Shown here: positions 1 to 9,692 of the stretch, piece by piece
How positions within the stretch are numbered: the first letter of the stretch is position 1
Layout: the number at the start of each line of letters is the position of its first letter
Assembly (NCBI GenBank): GCA_033763455.1
Contig: JANRKO010000092.1
Span: 1-64,000 of the forward strand
Source: Polyangiaceae bacterium
GTDB lineage: Bacteria; Myxococcota_A; Polyangia; Polyangiales; Polyangiaceae
DNA: 64,000 bases
Direction: 5' to 3'
Program-made: the position numbers and the translations under genes
Notes under the pieces: model-generated
The model's database searches: none
What the model saw: only the letters and a program-made list of their open reading frames with translations
Told to the model about the DNA's origin: nothing

Positions 1-599
1 GCCTCAAAGTAGCGCTCGGCACCGCCCGCATCGATGTAGCCGGGGCAGATGCAATTAACCCGCACGCCGTCTTTTCCGTGGTCGAGCGCCATCGCCTTGG
101 TCAGGCCAATAATCGCCGCTTTCGTTGCGCAGTAGCCCGCACATCCGGGTTCAACAAAATACGCGTTTACCGATGACAGGTTCACTATGCTGCCACCTGT
201 GCGCACGAGAAACGGCAGAAAGATCTTCGAGCAAAGGAACACGCCCCCTACGTTAACCGCCATCTGTCGGTTCCATTCGTCGTAGGTGGTGTCAGGGATG
301 GTTTTGTTCACCTGAAGTGCTGCATTGTTCACGAGCGTATCCACGCGCCCGTATTGGCTTAACACTCGGTTCGCCAAAGCCTCGACGGATATTGGGTCGG
401 CAACATCAGCCGTGACGGCGAGCCCGCCTATCTCAGCAGCAACAGCCTCCGCAGCTCTAACGTCCACGTCAGCCACCACCACACGCTCACCCGCACGAGC
501 AAATGCACGAGCGCACCCGCGGCCTATCCCGTTGCCGGCGCCAGTAATGACAACAACCCGGGTGGATGCGATGGGATCGGAGACGGGGGTGCTCGACAT
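1..599 (-). CDS. Classical SDR oxidoreductase, 3' end runs off the window
   Basis: Translated by hand because it is absent from the ORF track. ATG at 599 gives MSSTPVSDPIASTRVVVITGAGNGIGRG (TGxxxGxG motif), then VNNAAL, NLSS, the catalytic YCATK and NCICPG. Confidence 0.9.
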   Translation of the reverse strand, partial: MSSTPVSDPIASTRVVVITGAGNGIGRGCARAFARAGERVVVADVDVRAAEAVAAEIGGLAVTADVADPISVEALANRVLSQYGRVDTLVNNAALQVNKTIPDTTYDEWNRQMAVNVGGVFLCSKIFLPFLVRTGGSIVNLSSVNAYFVEPGCAGYCATKAAIIGLTKAMALDHGKDGVRVNCICPGYIDAGGAERYFE

Positions 600-604
600 A
601 AGGC

Positions 605-1933
605 CTAAATGCGTACCTTGGAAAGTTCGTGATCGAAAGCGCTTAGCGTGCGCTCGACATCTTCGTCCGTATGGGCAGCAGATATCGAGAGCTGCTTGGT
701 GGCCATCGGAAAGACGTAAACACCCCGTTCGATGAGGCCCTGACGCAGCTCGACGTCCTTTCCCATGGCATGGTGGTTCGCTAAATCGTGCCAATCCACG
801 GGTGCGTGATCCATAAAGTAGAAGCAGAAGGCTGAACCCTGACGGCACACGGTAGCCATCAAGCCGTGACGTTTCAGAAGCAAGCACAAGCCATCTTCCA
901 TTTTACGACCAAGCTCTTCGAGCCTCCGATGCACCGCGCCATCACCTTCAAGGAGGCGTTCGAGCGTGGCGATGGCAGCAGCGGTAGGAACAGGGTGCCC
1001 GTTGTAGGTACCGGCAAGCAAAACCCGTTTGGCGGGGCTTGGATGAACGAAAAGATCCAAAAGCTCGGCTTTGCCCCCGAGAACAGCAATGGGATAACCA
1101 TTCGCGATGGCTTTGCCGTACGTCACCAGGTCGGGAATCACGCCGGAAATGCCTGAGTAGCCACCCATTGCTGCGCGGAACCCTGTTTTTACTTCATCAA
1201 AAATCAGTACAAATCCAAACTTATCGGCAAGCCGACGCAAACCCTCCAAGTATCCTGGCTTCGGCTTGATTACCCCTACATTCTGCAATACTGGTTCAGT
1301 GATAAGCGCAGCTACCGGATACTTCTCGCACACCCATGCAACCGAGTCGAGATCATTGAAATTGATCGGGTGCACGAGTGATTGATGAACCAATGGAACA
1401 CCAGCACTGATCGAGCGAAAGGCGTATTCTCCTGGGGATACGCGCTGCCCCAACTCCCCAAGGGGCGTCATCAAGTTGCACGACACATCGTTATGCCAGC
1501 CGTTGTATCCGCCTTGCATGACGATCACATGATCTCGCGCTTTAGCGGCTCTTGCCAGCCGGATGGCCTGGTAGGTGGCCTCACTCCCGGTGTTGAACAA
1601 CGCAACCCTAGGCGCTGCCTTAACGTGCGTGGCTATCAATTCGGCAAGGCGCCCTTCAAGCGTGGTGGTTCCAGCTCCGTAGAGGCTGGCGCCATCCGAT
1701 AGAGCTCGACACACGGCCTCATTCACGACGGGGTCGTTGTGTCCTAAGAGGTGCGGCGCAAATGCAGCATGGTAATCGATGAATTCATTGCCGTCGGCGT
1801 CCCAAATGCGAGCCCCTTTACCACGCACGAACACCATAGGTGGTTCTGTAGCTCGGTTGGTCGAGGTGATTCCCCCAGGGATAAAGCGCGCGTTATCCCT
1901 CAGAATGGCGGCGGATTTCTCGCGGGAAAGCAT
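605..1933 (-). CDS. Class III PLP aminotransferase (glutamate-1-semialdehyde aminomutase-like)
   Basis: Motifs IPGG, DADGNEFIDY, NTGSEAT, GYNGW, LIFDEVKTGFR and the PLP lysine in GKAIANG. Start taken at MLSREK; the track gives 1990. Confidence 0.88.
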   Translation of the reverse strand: MLSREKSAAILRDNARFIPGGITSTNRATEPPMVFVRGKGARIWDADGNEFIDYHAAFAPHLLGHNDPVVNEAVCRALSDGASLYGAGTTTLEGRLAELIATHVKAAPRVALFNTGSEATYQAIRLARAAKARDHVIVMQGGYNGWHNDVSCNLMTPLGELGQRVSPGEYAFRSISAGVPLVHQSLVHPINFNDLDSVAWVCEKYPVAALITEPVLQNVGVIKPKPGYLEGLRRLADKFGFVLIFDEVKTGFRAAMGGYSGISGVIPDLVTYGKAIANGYPIAVLGGKAELLDLFVHPSPAKRVLLAGTYNGHPVPTAAAIATLERLLEGDGAVHRRLEELGRKMEDGLCLLLKRHGLMATVCRQGSAFCFYFMDHAPVDWHDLANHHAMGKDVELRQGLIERGVYVFPMATKQLSISAAHTDEDVERTLSAFDHELSKVRI

Positions 1934-2027
1934 GGTGTTGCGAAAGGTATACGAAGGGCTCGTCAAGGGCTCAATGCTCGGACCGCGCACCTGTTCAGCC
2001 TATTGAACACAGGATACGCTAGAAGGA

Positions 2028-2795
2028 ATGCAGCCTGTACCGTCGGTGAACCGAACCTTATCGCTGCTTGAACTCTTGGTGAGCTCGCGCAGTGGCCTCA
2101 CTCTCTCCGAACTAGCCCGCCGGCTCTCACTGCCCAAGAGCTCGACGTCTCTCATCTTAACCACGCTCGAACGACGCGGGTACCTGCACAAAAGTGGAAT
2201 CGGCCGCTATCGATTGGGTCTCAAACTCCTGACCATGGGCCAGGCAGCGCTAGAAGGCATGCCGTTGCGCGTCGCGGCCCGCCCCATCCTCGTCCAATTA
2301 GCGCAGAGAACGGCAATGACTGCTCACCTTTCCATGCTAGAGCGAGGCGAAGCCGTGATTGTGGAAAAGGTGGAAGCCTCCGCCCAACCGCGCTTGGCCA
2401 CATGGATAGGGCGTCGGCTTGACGTCAATTGCACTGGGGCAGGCAAGGCGCTGATTGCTCATCTGTCCGCTACGGAGTTCAACCGCCTCTATGGGCCAAG
2501 ATCGTTCGCAAGACACAACGAACATTCCATCGTGTCCATGAAACGATTGAGGGCTGAACTCTCGGAGACGCGCGTGCGTGGCTACGCGCTCGACGACGAG
2601 GAGGACGAACTTGGGGTGCGCTGCATTGGCGTCCCTGTCTTCGACGATAAAGGCGTCGCGGTGGCCGCTATTAGCGTATCATCCCAAACCAACAAGCTTT
2701 CCCTCCGAAGTGTTCCAGCCATTGCCGGCATATTGAAGGCGTCGGCCAGTGAACTTTCCGCACGACTTGGCGGCGTAGACACTGAGTGTGGGTAA
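2028..2795 (+). CDS. IclR family transcriptional regulator
   Basis: N-terminal HTH (LTLSELARRLSLPKSSTSLILTTL), CTGAGKAL, RGYALDDEE and GVRCIGVPV. Confidence 0.93.
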   Translation: MQPVPSVNRTLSLLELLVSSRSGLTLSELARRLSLPKSSTSLILTTLERRGYLHKSGIGRYRLGLKLLTMGQAALEGMPLRVAARPILVQLAQRTAMTAHLSMLERGEAVIVEKVEASAQPRLATWIGRRLDVNCTGAGKALIAHLSATEFNRLYGPRSFARHNEHSIVSMKRLRAELSETRVRGYALDDEEDELGVRCIGVPVFDDKGVAVAAISVSSQTNKLSLRSVPAIAGILKASASELSARLGGVDTECG

Positions 2796-2796
2796 G

Positions 2797-3591
2797 CTAT
2801 GTGGCGCGCTTAGAGTGCCGCTTTTTAACCTTCGCAATCGAGAGCTTTACACCTGCCGCGCGGTAGCGGCGCCGAAGGCTCTCGGGCATGCCCTCGTCGG
2901 TGATCAGGCCATCCACTTCGGAAAGCGACATAATGGGGTGGTACGCGGTTCTTTCCAGCTTGGAGGAATCAACCAGGAGGTAAGTGCGTGTGGCATTTTT
3001 AACCATGATTCGAATGACTTCCCCCAACTTCTCATCATACGAGGACACGCCGCCTTCGAGCGATATACCATCGGCCCCCACAAATGCCTTGTCGGCGCGC
3101 AAGGTGCGCAACGCTTTTTCTGTCAAGGAGCCATAACAAGCTTTTCGGTCGTTGAAGAGCTCCCCGCCCGTGAGCACGACCTGCACGCCACGTTGCGGCA
3201 TAAGCTCAGCGGCTATCGGCAGGGAATTGGTAATAACGCGAAGGGGTTCCACCTGACGCAAGCTTTCGCTCATAAAAAACAGCGTGGAGCCATGATCAAT
3301 GAAGAGTGTATCACCCGCGTGCACTTGCTCACCCGCGTGCGCACAGATGGCTTTCTTCTCTACTTGGTGCTGTTCGAGCTGATGCGAGAAACTAAACCGC
3401 GTACGCAAAGCTTCAGTCTGAACTGCGTAGCCGTGTCTACGGATTAGCAAGCCCTCACGCTCCAAGAATTCGAGGTCTCGATGCACCGTCATATGGGAGA
3501 CCCCCAAGTGGGTCACCAAATCCCTCACGCTCGGGCTCCCCCCCCGCTCGACTGACTTCAGAATATACCTGATTCGGGACTCTCGATTCAT
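2797..3591 (-). CDS. DeoR/GlpR family transcriptional regulator
   Basis: HTH GVSHMTVHRDLEFLE, IDHGST, VITNSL, LTGG, FVGADGI and DSSK. The ATG at 3591 overlaps the upstream stop (ATGA). Confidence 0.93.
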   Translation of the reverse strand: MNRESRIRYILKSVERGGSPSVRDLVTHLGVSHMTVHRDLEFLEREGLLIRRHGYAVQTEALRTRFSFSHQLEQHQVEKKAICAHAGEQVHAGDTLFIDHGSTLFFMSESLRQVEPLRVITNSLPIAAELMPQRGVQVVLTGGELFNDRKACYGSLTEKALRTLRADKAFVGADGISLEGGVSSYDEKLGEVIRIMVKNATRTYLLVDSSKLERTAYHPIMSLSEVDGLITDEGMPESLRRRYRAAGVKLSIAKVKKRHSKRAT

Positions 3592-5105
3592 GAAGCGCTG
3601 AGCTTGCCAAGAACTCGCACACTCGAGCAACCGCTTCGCTCTATCTCAAGGATTTGGCTTTGAGCGTCAAAGTGCCATGTTTTGAGCTCTTGGGACCCGG
3701 AAACCACCCGCATCGGTTGAAATGCGAGCTTAAGGCGCTCTTTACCACAGGCATCAAACGCCTTGTAGGCAACACTGTCGGCCTCGTAGACCACCTCTCG
3801 CAAGATCGTACTTGAACGCAAAATGTGGCTCTCGGTGTTAGGAGCCCACTCAGGCACGGAGGTAAGCACTTCATTGAAGTGGATGAGGAGATCGCCAAAT
3901 GAGTCAGTAGTCCACGCTACGTCGTGCAGGTAATACGTATCCGCGAAGCCATCGGTGTTGACGCTATACCCAGCATACGCAAGTGAGCTCAAGGCCGACT
4001 TCTTTAAGCTTTCGTCGCCCGTGTGCTCGAAGTACCCGGCATACACAGCGGCGAGGCGTGCCGTGTGGCTGTTATACGGGGAACGGTCCCGATCTTGTTC
4101 GGCAATGGCACGATAGCTTCCTTCGTGCACCGTCCAGCGCCCCTCAACCGTCTGGATGATTTGGTGCACCAGGCGCTGCCAATTGGGTGTGAGTGCTTCA
4201 CGCCGATTGAGCAAATACTTGGCCGTTTCTAGTGCCGAAAGGGCAGTGGCGTTGTCTTCGTCGCCTGAATGATCCTCAAAGAAGTGTTGCCACTTATCTC
4301 CGCTCTGATCGGCTATCACAACATTTTCAAGCCACAACCACACATCGTTCCTCACGCGCTGAGCCTCATCGGGCCGTTCTAATGCGTTGAGTTCCAGGAG
4401 GGCATCCAAGAGCCGCACGACGTACATCTGGTTCCCGCAGAGCGGACCGTCCAGCGGCTTTCCACTGTCTGCCTCGGCCCGAAACGGCCAAGCACTGCGG
4501 TGCGGAGACGACGCCACTGCATTCGCAACTAGAACCCGGGCGATCGACTGAGCCGCCTGCAGGTAACGCGAATCACCCACGGCTTGGTACAGGCGCACCA
4601 GCCCAAGCCCAGCCATGGCTCCTTTGTCTGGCATGATTTGCCCCGCTGAACAGAAAGGATGTCCGCTGCCATCGGGGTTCGGATCTCCCGTCTTCCCCGC
4701 TGGCCATGGAAAGCGAGGCCACGCTCGAAAGTGGCTAGGTGTGAGCGCCTGGTTGATCAAGAAATCACCCGCCAGCCGAGCGAGCGCGAGGTGACGCGGC
4801 TCTCCCGTATATTGGTAGTAGTTCACAAAGGCGAGCATTGTCATGGCACAAGTGCACGCGGGAACAGCACCTCCAAACTGCTCGTGATTGCGACGTATCT
4901 TTGCGGCCGTGCACCAAATTGGCCACCCGTTGTGCTGGGGAACGCTTAGCCACCAATCGGATATGAGGCGCATCTGCGAGTGGAAGGGGCCGTGTTCATC
5001 CCAAAGCCAAGGCAAGAGCTTCCCTTCAGCGTCATAGCGGGGCTGATGGTAGTGGTCGAGATGGCAAGCCACATTGTAGGGTGTTTCCTGGGCAGGCTGA
5101 TTCAT
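3588..5105 (-). CDS. Hypothetical protein, possible (alpha/alpha)6-barrel sugar-active enzyme
   Basis: 505 aa, translationally coupled to both neighbours. Repeated helical-hairpin motifs (YQYTGEPRHLALA, LYQAVGDSRYLQAA, FEHTGDESLKKSA); aromatic-rich; no signal peptide. Confidence 0.6.
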   Translation of the reverse strand: MNQPAQETPYNVACHLDHYHQPRYDAEGKLLPWLWDEHGPFHSQMRLISDWWLSVPQHNGWPIWCTAAKIRRNHEQFGGAVPACTCAMTMLAFVNYYQYTGEPRHLALARLAGDFLINQALTPSHFRAWPRFPWPAGKTGDPNPDGSGHPFCSAGQIMPDKGAMAGLGLVRLYQAVGDSRYLQAAQSIARVLVANAVASSPHRSAWPFRAEADSGKPLDGPLCGNQMYVVRLLDALLELNALERPDEAQRVRNDVWLWLENVVIADQSGDKWQHFFEDHSGDEDNATALSALETAKYLLNRREALTPNWQRLVHQIIQTVEGRWTVHEGSYRAIAEQDRDRSPYNSHTARLAAVYAGYFEHTGDESLKKSALSSLAYAGYSVNTDGFADTYYLHDVAWTTDSFGDLLIHFNEVLTSVPEWAPNTESHILRSSTILREVVYEADSVAYKAFDACGKERLKLAFQPMRVVSGSQELKTWHFDAQSQILEIERSGCSSVRVLGKLSAS

Positions 5106-6352
5106 ACAGCGTTAATCTCCACAGCACCGTGCTTTCGAACAGTCACGGCATGAACTGCATCTGTGCCAAAGGTCTTACCAAGCTCGGTGCGATACCGTGC
5201 AACCAAACGTTTTGGAACGAAGGCGGCAATGGTGCCGGCAAAGCCGCCGCCATGAACTCGCCATGCGCCTTCTTGACCCAAGAGAGCATGCGAGAGCATG
5301 AGCCCAATGGCCACTTCTTGGGACTGATGAACGCCAGGGCAGTAGCAATTTTGGCAATACATGAAGGAGCTCTCCCCTGATTGCCTCACCATCCGGAGGA
5401 ATGCGGCATTCGCCCCCTCTCGCAGGGCGGCTTCCTGCGCTATCACGCGCGCGTCATCCTCGAAGTAGTGGAATGCCCGCAAAAGCGCGCGATCAGAAAC
5501 GCTCCCCCGGAGGCGTGGCACTGCTTCTAAGAACACCTCACGCGTAACGGCCCTGAGCTCCTCATGCCCCAATTTTTGAGCCACGATCTTCATTTCGTGT
5601 TCGAGTGCCTCATACTCCGCATTGAGCTCCGCGTGGCTCCCCCCAGTGTTCGTGATGAGCAGTGTATAATCGTTAAAGAGAGATTGTAGCGGAACCGAGC
5701 GAACCTCGGGTGCCTGCAGGTTCGCAAAATCAATGAAGACGCAGCCCCCGAGCGCACAGGCAGCTTGATCCATGAGTCCACAGGGTTTGCCGAAGTACTC
5801 ATTTTCCGCCCGTTGGCCCGCAAGTGCACACTCCATGGGAGAAAGTGGCTGCGTGTTGAATAGCTCGCTCACCACGCGAGCTAACCCTACTTCAAACGCA
5901 GCCGAAGAACTCAGACCCGCCCCGGCGGGCACCTGGCCGTCCACACAAACGTCAAAGCCCGCTACCCGCTTTCCGGACTGGCGGAGCACGGAGCAGATAC
6001 CACGCACAAGCGCCGCCGTGGAGAAGCGCTCACTTGGCCGAACGCTGAGCTCATCTAACCGAATGGTGACAAGGGGATAACCTGAAGAGATAAGGCGTAC
6101 CTCCTCGGCCTGGTTGGGCGCGGCGGCGAATAGGATATCGAGGTCAATGGCCGCCGCCAATACGCGCCCCCGTTGATGATCGGTGTGGTTCCCCGCCACT
6201 TCCGTACGCCCTGGAGAACTAAACAGGCGAATGCGCTCACGGCTCTGTGGAAAGGCCTGATGAAAGGCACCCGCGAGCGCTTGGTGGCGTTGCCTCTCGG
6301 CGTCCAACTGCGAGGGGAGAACTAGATCGCTCAGTGGAACTAATTGACTCAT
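5102..6352 (-). CDS. galK: GHMP sugar kinase, galactokinase family
   Basis: PGRTEVAGNHTDH, PAGAGLSSSAA, GKPCGLMDQ and HGGGFAG. The substrate may not be galactose. Confidence 0.8.
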   Translation of the reverse strand: MSQLVPLSDLVLPSQLDAERQRHQALAGAFHQAFPQSRERIRLFSSPGRTEVAGNHTDHQRGRVLAAAIDLDILFAAAPNQAEEVRLISSGYPLVTIRLDELSVRPSERFSTAALVRGICSVLRQSGKRVAGFDVCVDGQVPAGAGLSSSAAFEVGLARVVSELFNTQPLSPMECALAGQRAENEYFGKPCGLMDQAACALGGCVFIDFANLQAPEVRSVPLQSLFNDYTLLITNTGGSHAELNAEYEALEHEMKIVAQKLGHEELRAVTREVFLEAVPRLRGSVSDRALLRAFHYFEDDARVIAQEAALREGANAAFLRMVRQSGESSFMYCQNCYCPGVHQSQEVAIGLMLSHALLGQEGAWRVHGGGFAGTIAAFVPKRLVARYRTELGKTFGTDAVHAVTVRKHGAVEINAV

Positions 6353-6362
6353 GGTTTAGCTC

Positions 6363-7598
6363 TCACGCGAACGCAAGTTTGCGAATACTACTGGCCATGT
6401 ATTCGATGGCGGCATCACTCAGGCGTGGATGCAATGGCAATGATACATAGCGTTCGAACGCCGCCTCTGCCACGGGGCACTCACCTTCGGCGTGACCCTG
6501 TTGCCGGTAGGGGTGCGTAAGGTGAATCGGCATGTAATTCGACCAAGCTTTAATGCCGAAATCATGCCAAAGGCGCCACATGAAATCTTCCTTGGAAAGT
6601 GCAAAACCGCCGTCGAGCTGGACCACAAATAGGTGGAACACATGCCGATTTCCCGACTCTTCCCTCGGTAATCGCAATCCGGGAATGCCGGCTAAGAGGT
6701 CCGTTAGTTTTCGCGCGAGCGTGCGTCGCCTTTCATTCAGCTCGTCCAGCTTGGCAAGCTGGACGATACCAACGGCGGCTTGAACATCCGTCATGCGATA
6801 GTTGTAACCGATGTCGTCAAACATCAAGTTCCAGTAGCGCTTTCCCATCGGGTGCAAGGTTTCATCTATCGGCAAGTACTTGTCGTTGGATCCGTAGCTG
6901 CGGCAACAGAGTGATCTAAATGACCGTAACCTGTCGCGAAATTCGTCGCTATTGGTGGTAATCATTCCGCCTTCACCCAAGGTCGACATGTTCTTTTGTT
7001 GATGAAAACTAAAGACTCCCATATCCCCGAGATTTCCAGCCTTCTTGCCGTGATATTCGGCTCCAGGCGTGTGAGCACAATCTTCGATTACGGCAACGCC
7101 CGCCTCGCGCGCAATGCGGTTGATGTTATTCATGTCGCAGCACTGGCCAAACAGGTGCACTGGAACGATTGCTTTGGTTTTCGGCGAAATGAGGGACTTT
7201 AAACAATTAGGATCGAGATTCAAACTCCGGTCTTCAATGTCACAGAATTTGATCTTTGCTCCCAACACGGAAAATGCTGAGGCGGTGGCGATCCAACTTA
7301 TCGGGGTGGTAATGACTTCGTCCCCGGGCCCAACGCCGGCAGCAATTCCAGCTAGTGTGAGCCCCGACGTAGCCGACGTGACCGCCAAGGCGTGACGTAC
7401 GCCCGTATAAGCCGCGAACTTTTGTTCAAACTCCTTGACTCGCGCGCCGCAGGAAAGTGCACCGGCACGGACGGCCTGAAGCAGCGCCTCTTCGTCGTCG
7501 GATCCATAGATTGAGCCCCGGCTGATCTCGAGGTCGTACTTAACGGATGGCGTTACTCGGGAGTCCAGTCGCCCTTGGGTGGTGTTGGATTGTTGCAT
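6363..7598 (-). CDS. DegT/DnrJ/EryC1/StrS sugar aminotransferase
   Basis: SATSGL, GPGDEVIT, PVHLFG, IEDCAH, the PLP lysine in FSFHQQKNM, GEGG, GYNYRM and SLPLHP. Confidence 0.93.
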   Translation of the reverse strand: MQQSNTTQGRLDSRVTPSVKYDLEISRGSIYGSDDEEALLQAVRAGALSCGARVKEFEQKFAAYTGVRHALAVTSATSGLTLAGIAAGVGPGDEVITTPISWIATASAFSVLGAKIKFCDIEDRSLNLDPNCLKSLISPKTKAIVPVHLFGQCCDMNNINRIAREAGVAVIEDCAHTPGAEYHGKKAGNLGDMGVFSFHQQKNMSTLGEGGMITTNSDEFRDRLRSFRSLCCRSYGSNDKYLPIDETLHPMGKRYWNLMFDDIGYNYRMTDVQAAVGIVQLAKLDELNERRRTLARKLTDLLAGIPGLRLPREESGNRHVFHLFVVQLDGGFALSKEDFMWRLWHDFGIKAWSNYMPIHLTHPYRQQGHAEGECPVAEAAFERYVSLPLHPRLSDAAIEYMASSIRKLAFA

Positions 7599-7610
7599 AA
7601 TTCCTTAGAG

Positions 7611-8582
7611 CTATGGTGCGTTGGTGGTTACGGGAATTGCGGTGCCTGCGGTGCCTTTAGTCTGTGCACTCCTCTGACATGCCTTTCGGATGCAGATTTC
7701 GGGGGACTCGAGTCGAGTATTCAAGAGCGCCATGGCGCGGTTTACGTTCAAACATCCTTTGCGATTACGTGGTGCCCGTGCGGGATTAGGAGGCGCGTTC
7801 CGGATCAATTGCACATGATCCAGGCCAAGCTCCAAAAGGATGCGTTGGTAGATTTGGAAACGGCTAAGTGCTGCTGTTGCACCTAGGTGCAAGACGCCCG
7901 CAAAACGCTTCGTTGTCAGTTCTGAAACGCAGCTGGCGAGCGTCGAAATGTCTATCGGCGTTCTGAACTCGTCGTCAGGAGCGTGCACGGATTCGCCCAC
8001 CCGGTGGGCGCGCTCGAGCCATCCAATGAGCGAATTCCCGCCACCTCCCCCTAGAACTAAACTCAACCGAAGCACACTGGCATGCGGCGAGAGAGCAAGT
8101 ACCGCTTGTTCTGAGGCCAACTTGCTCACACCGTAGTAGTTCACCGGGCCAGGAGGGTCATCCTCCGCGTGGGAATCGCTGTCGTCACCGAACACCGCAT
8201 CGGAGGAAAGATGCAGGAGCCGCATCCCCACCCGATGGCAAGCTACCGCTAGGTTCTTGGCGCCATCGACATTGATCGCCCAACACGCTTTTCTGTCGGT
8301 TTCCGCCCTATCGATATTCGCCATGGCCGCAGCATTGATGACCGTGTCGCCGGCGACCTGCTGCAACACCCGAACCACAGCGTTGAGGTTGGTTATGTCC
8401 ACCTGGGCGTCGAGCGCCTGAGCGGAGTCCGCTGTGCGCCCACCAATCGCGGCGACAGCATGGCCCCTTTCGCGAAGCTCTTGAGTGAGTGCCCGACCGA
8501 TGAAGCCGCTGGCTCCCAGTACGACAACCCGCGCCAGCGCGGGCTTCGGGATCCATGAAGGGGTGGGATTGGTGTGTGCCAT
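7611..8582 (-). CDS. RmlD-like extended SDR (NDP-ketosugar reductase family)
   Basis: GASGFIG, INAAA, HLSSDAVF, PVNYYGVSK and DEFRTP. Confidence 0.85.
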   Translation of the reverse strand: MAHTNPTPSWIPKPALARVVVLGASGFIGRALTQELRERGHAVAAIGGRTADSAQALDAQVDITNLNAVVRVLQQVAGDTVINAAAMANIDRAETDRKACWAINVDGAKNLAVACHRVGMRLLHLSSDAVFGDDSDSHAEDDPPGPVNYYGVSKLASEQAVLALSPHASVLRLSLVLGGGGGNSLIGWLERAHRVGESVHAPDDEFRTPIDISTLASCVSELTTKRFAGVLHLGATAALSRFQIYQRILLELGLDHVQLIRNAPPNPARAPRNRKGCLNVNRAMALLNTRLESPEICIRKACQRSAQTKGTAGTAIPVTTNAP

Positions 8583-8588
8583 TGGTGT

Positions 8589-8623
8589 TGTTAGAAAGAG
8601 TTATAAAGTAACTTTTTATAACA
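8589..8623. promoter_or_regulatory. Putative DeoR-type operator/promoter of the 8582-2797 operon
   Basis: AT-rich block TGTTAGAAAGAGTTATAAAGTAACTTTTTATAACA containing the inverted repeat GTTATAAA(8600-8607)-N7-TTTATAAC(8615-8622), immediately upstream of the ATG at 8582. Confidence 0.55.
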
Positions 8624-8811
8624 TAGCTGAGCCCGCAAACCTGCGCAACCTTGGCCTGGCCGCCGTCCCTCCAAAGCATAAACTTACCCTCCCCTCATGC
8701 ACGGGCAGGCAAAAGTAGCATCTGTGGCGTCAATCCACATCCGCACGGAGAGATTACCGCAGCTGGCGTCGGAAAAAAGGTTGCACGCTTGGTGATCACT
8801 CAGCGCGGCTC

Positions 8812-9585
8812 ATGCGATTATCTTGCATGCAAAGTAGAATCAGTTCGCAAGTTCGTCGTTCCGCTCACCTTAGAATGCGTTTGGCAGCCTCTCTCAAGCC
8901 CCGCCTTCGGGCGCAGATCACGCGAGCCCTATGCGTGTCGAGCGTCCTGATTGGCGCGGCACTTTCCCTTGGGGCCCAGGGCGGAGGTTGCGCGGCCGAG
9001 GTTCAGCCGGGGGATGGAAGTGCCGCAACCTGGGAGACCAGCACGGTCCCTGTTGCAAAGGGAGCTGACAAGCCAATGACCTGTGAATGGCTTGAGAGCA
9101 ACAACTGCTGGAAACAGGTCGTGACCAAGGTTGAAAGTTGCGCGCCGCCTTCAACGGGAACGTTTGACGGTAACCGGGTCAACTGTGCTTACCCAGACGG
9201 GGCGGTTTTGGAGCTTGAGGGACCCATTTCCCGCCCTGGCGTTGGCTCGACATTGTATCCAGTGGTTGAACATCGTCTTACGTCGGAAAGTGGCGCCCCC
9301 TGCTTTACTTCTAAGCTCCTTGGAGCGGGCACGAACCTCCTGGATGCTGGGGGTGGCACCGCAGTTGTCATACAAACTAAGAGCTTCACCACCTATCGCG
9401 TAATCTGTCCTAATGGGGACAGCTACGCTGACGACATTCCTGGTACCTGTCCCGATTTTGGTCTCCGTTGGCTCCAACACAAGGCGCCTGGTTACACCTT
9501 TAAGTGCGAGGGTACCAGCAACACGTGCTCTCTCAACTTCTGGACACACCCCGAAGAGAAAGTCATAGGCACGTGCTCGGGGTGA
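8812..9585 (+). CDS. Hypothetical secreted or lipoprotein, Cys-containing; true start probably downstream
   Basis: Hydrophobic stretch ending in GGGC, followed by a domain with about 10 Cys. No family recognised. Confidence 0.6.
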   Translation: MRLSCMQSRISSQVRRSAHLRMRLAASLKPRLRAQITRALCVSSVLIGAALSLGAQGGGCAAEVQPGDGSAATWETSTVPVAKGADKPMTCEWLESNNCWKQVVTKVESCAPPSTGTFDGNRVNCAYPDGAVLELEGPISRPGVGSTLYPVVEHRLTSESGAPCFTSKLLGAGTNLLDAGGGTAVVIQTKSFTTYRVICPNGDSYADDIPGTCPDFGLRWLQHKAPGYTFKCEGTSNTCSLNFWTHPEEKVIGTCSG

Positions 9586-9622
9586 AAGCATCAGGCCTGC
9601 GCGAACCCCATTATGCCAGTGC

Positions 9623-9692
9623 ATGATCCAAGAGATCACACAGATGCGTTCATTTTTTTGCCAGCGGATGATCCAAAAGATCACGCAGATGC
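9623..9692 (+). repeat. 25-bp imperfect direct repeat upstream of the lyase operon
   Basis: ATGATCCAAGAGATCACACAGATGC (9623-9647) versus ATGATCCAAAAGATCACGCAGATGC (9668-9692): 23/25 identical, 45-bp period. Confidence 0.8.

Noticed and set aside
605..1933. Naming the gene hemL
   Set aside because: It is family-similar, but it sits with an SDR and IclR rather than tetrapyrrole genes, so the function is uncertain.
7611..8582. Naming the gene rmlD/rfbD
   Set aside because: No rmlABC nearby; only family-level support.
9623..9692. Two 25-bp repeats with a 20-bp spacer as a mini-CRISPR
   Set aside because: Only two imperfect copies, a short spacer and no cas genes.
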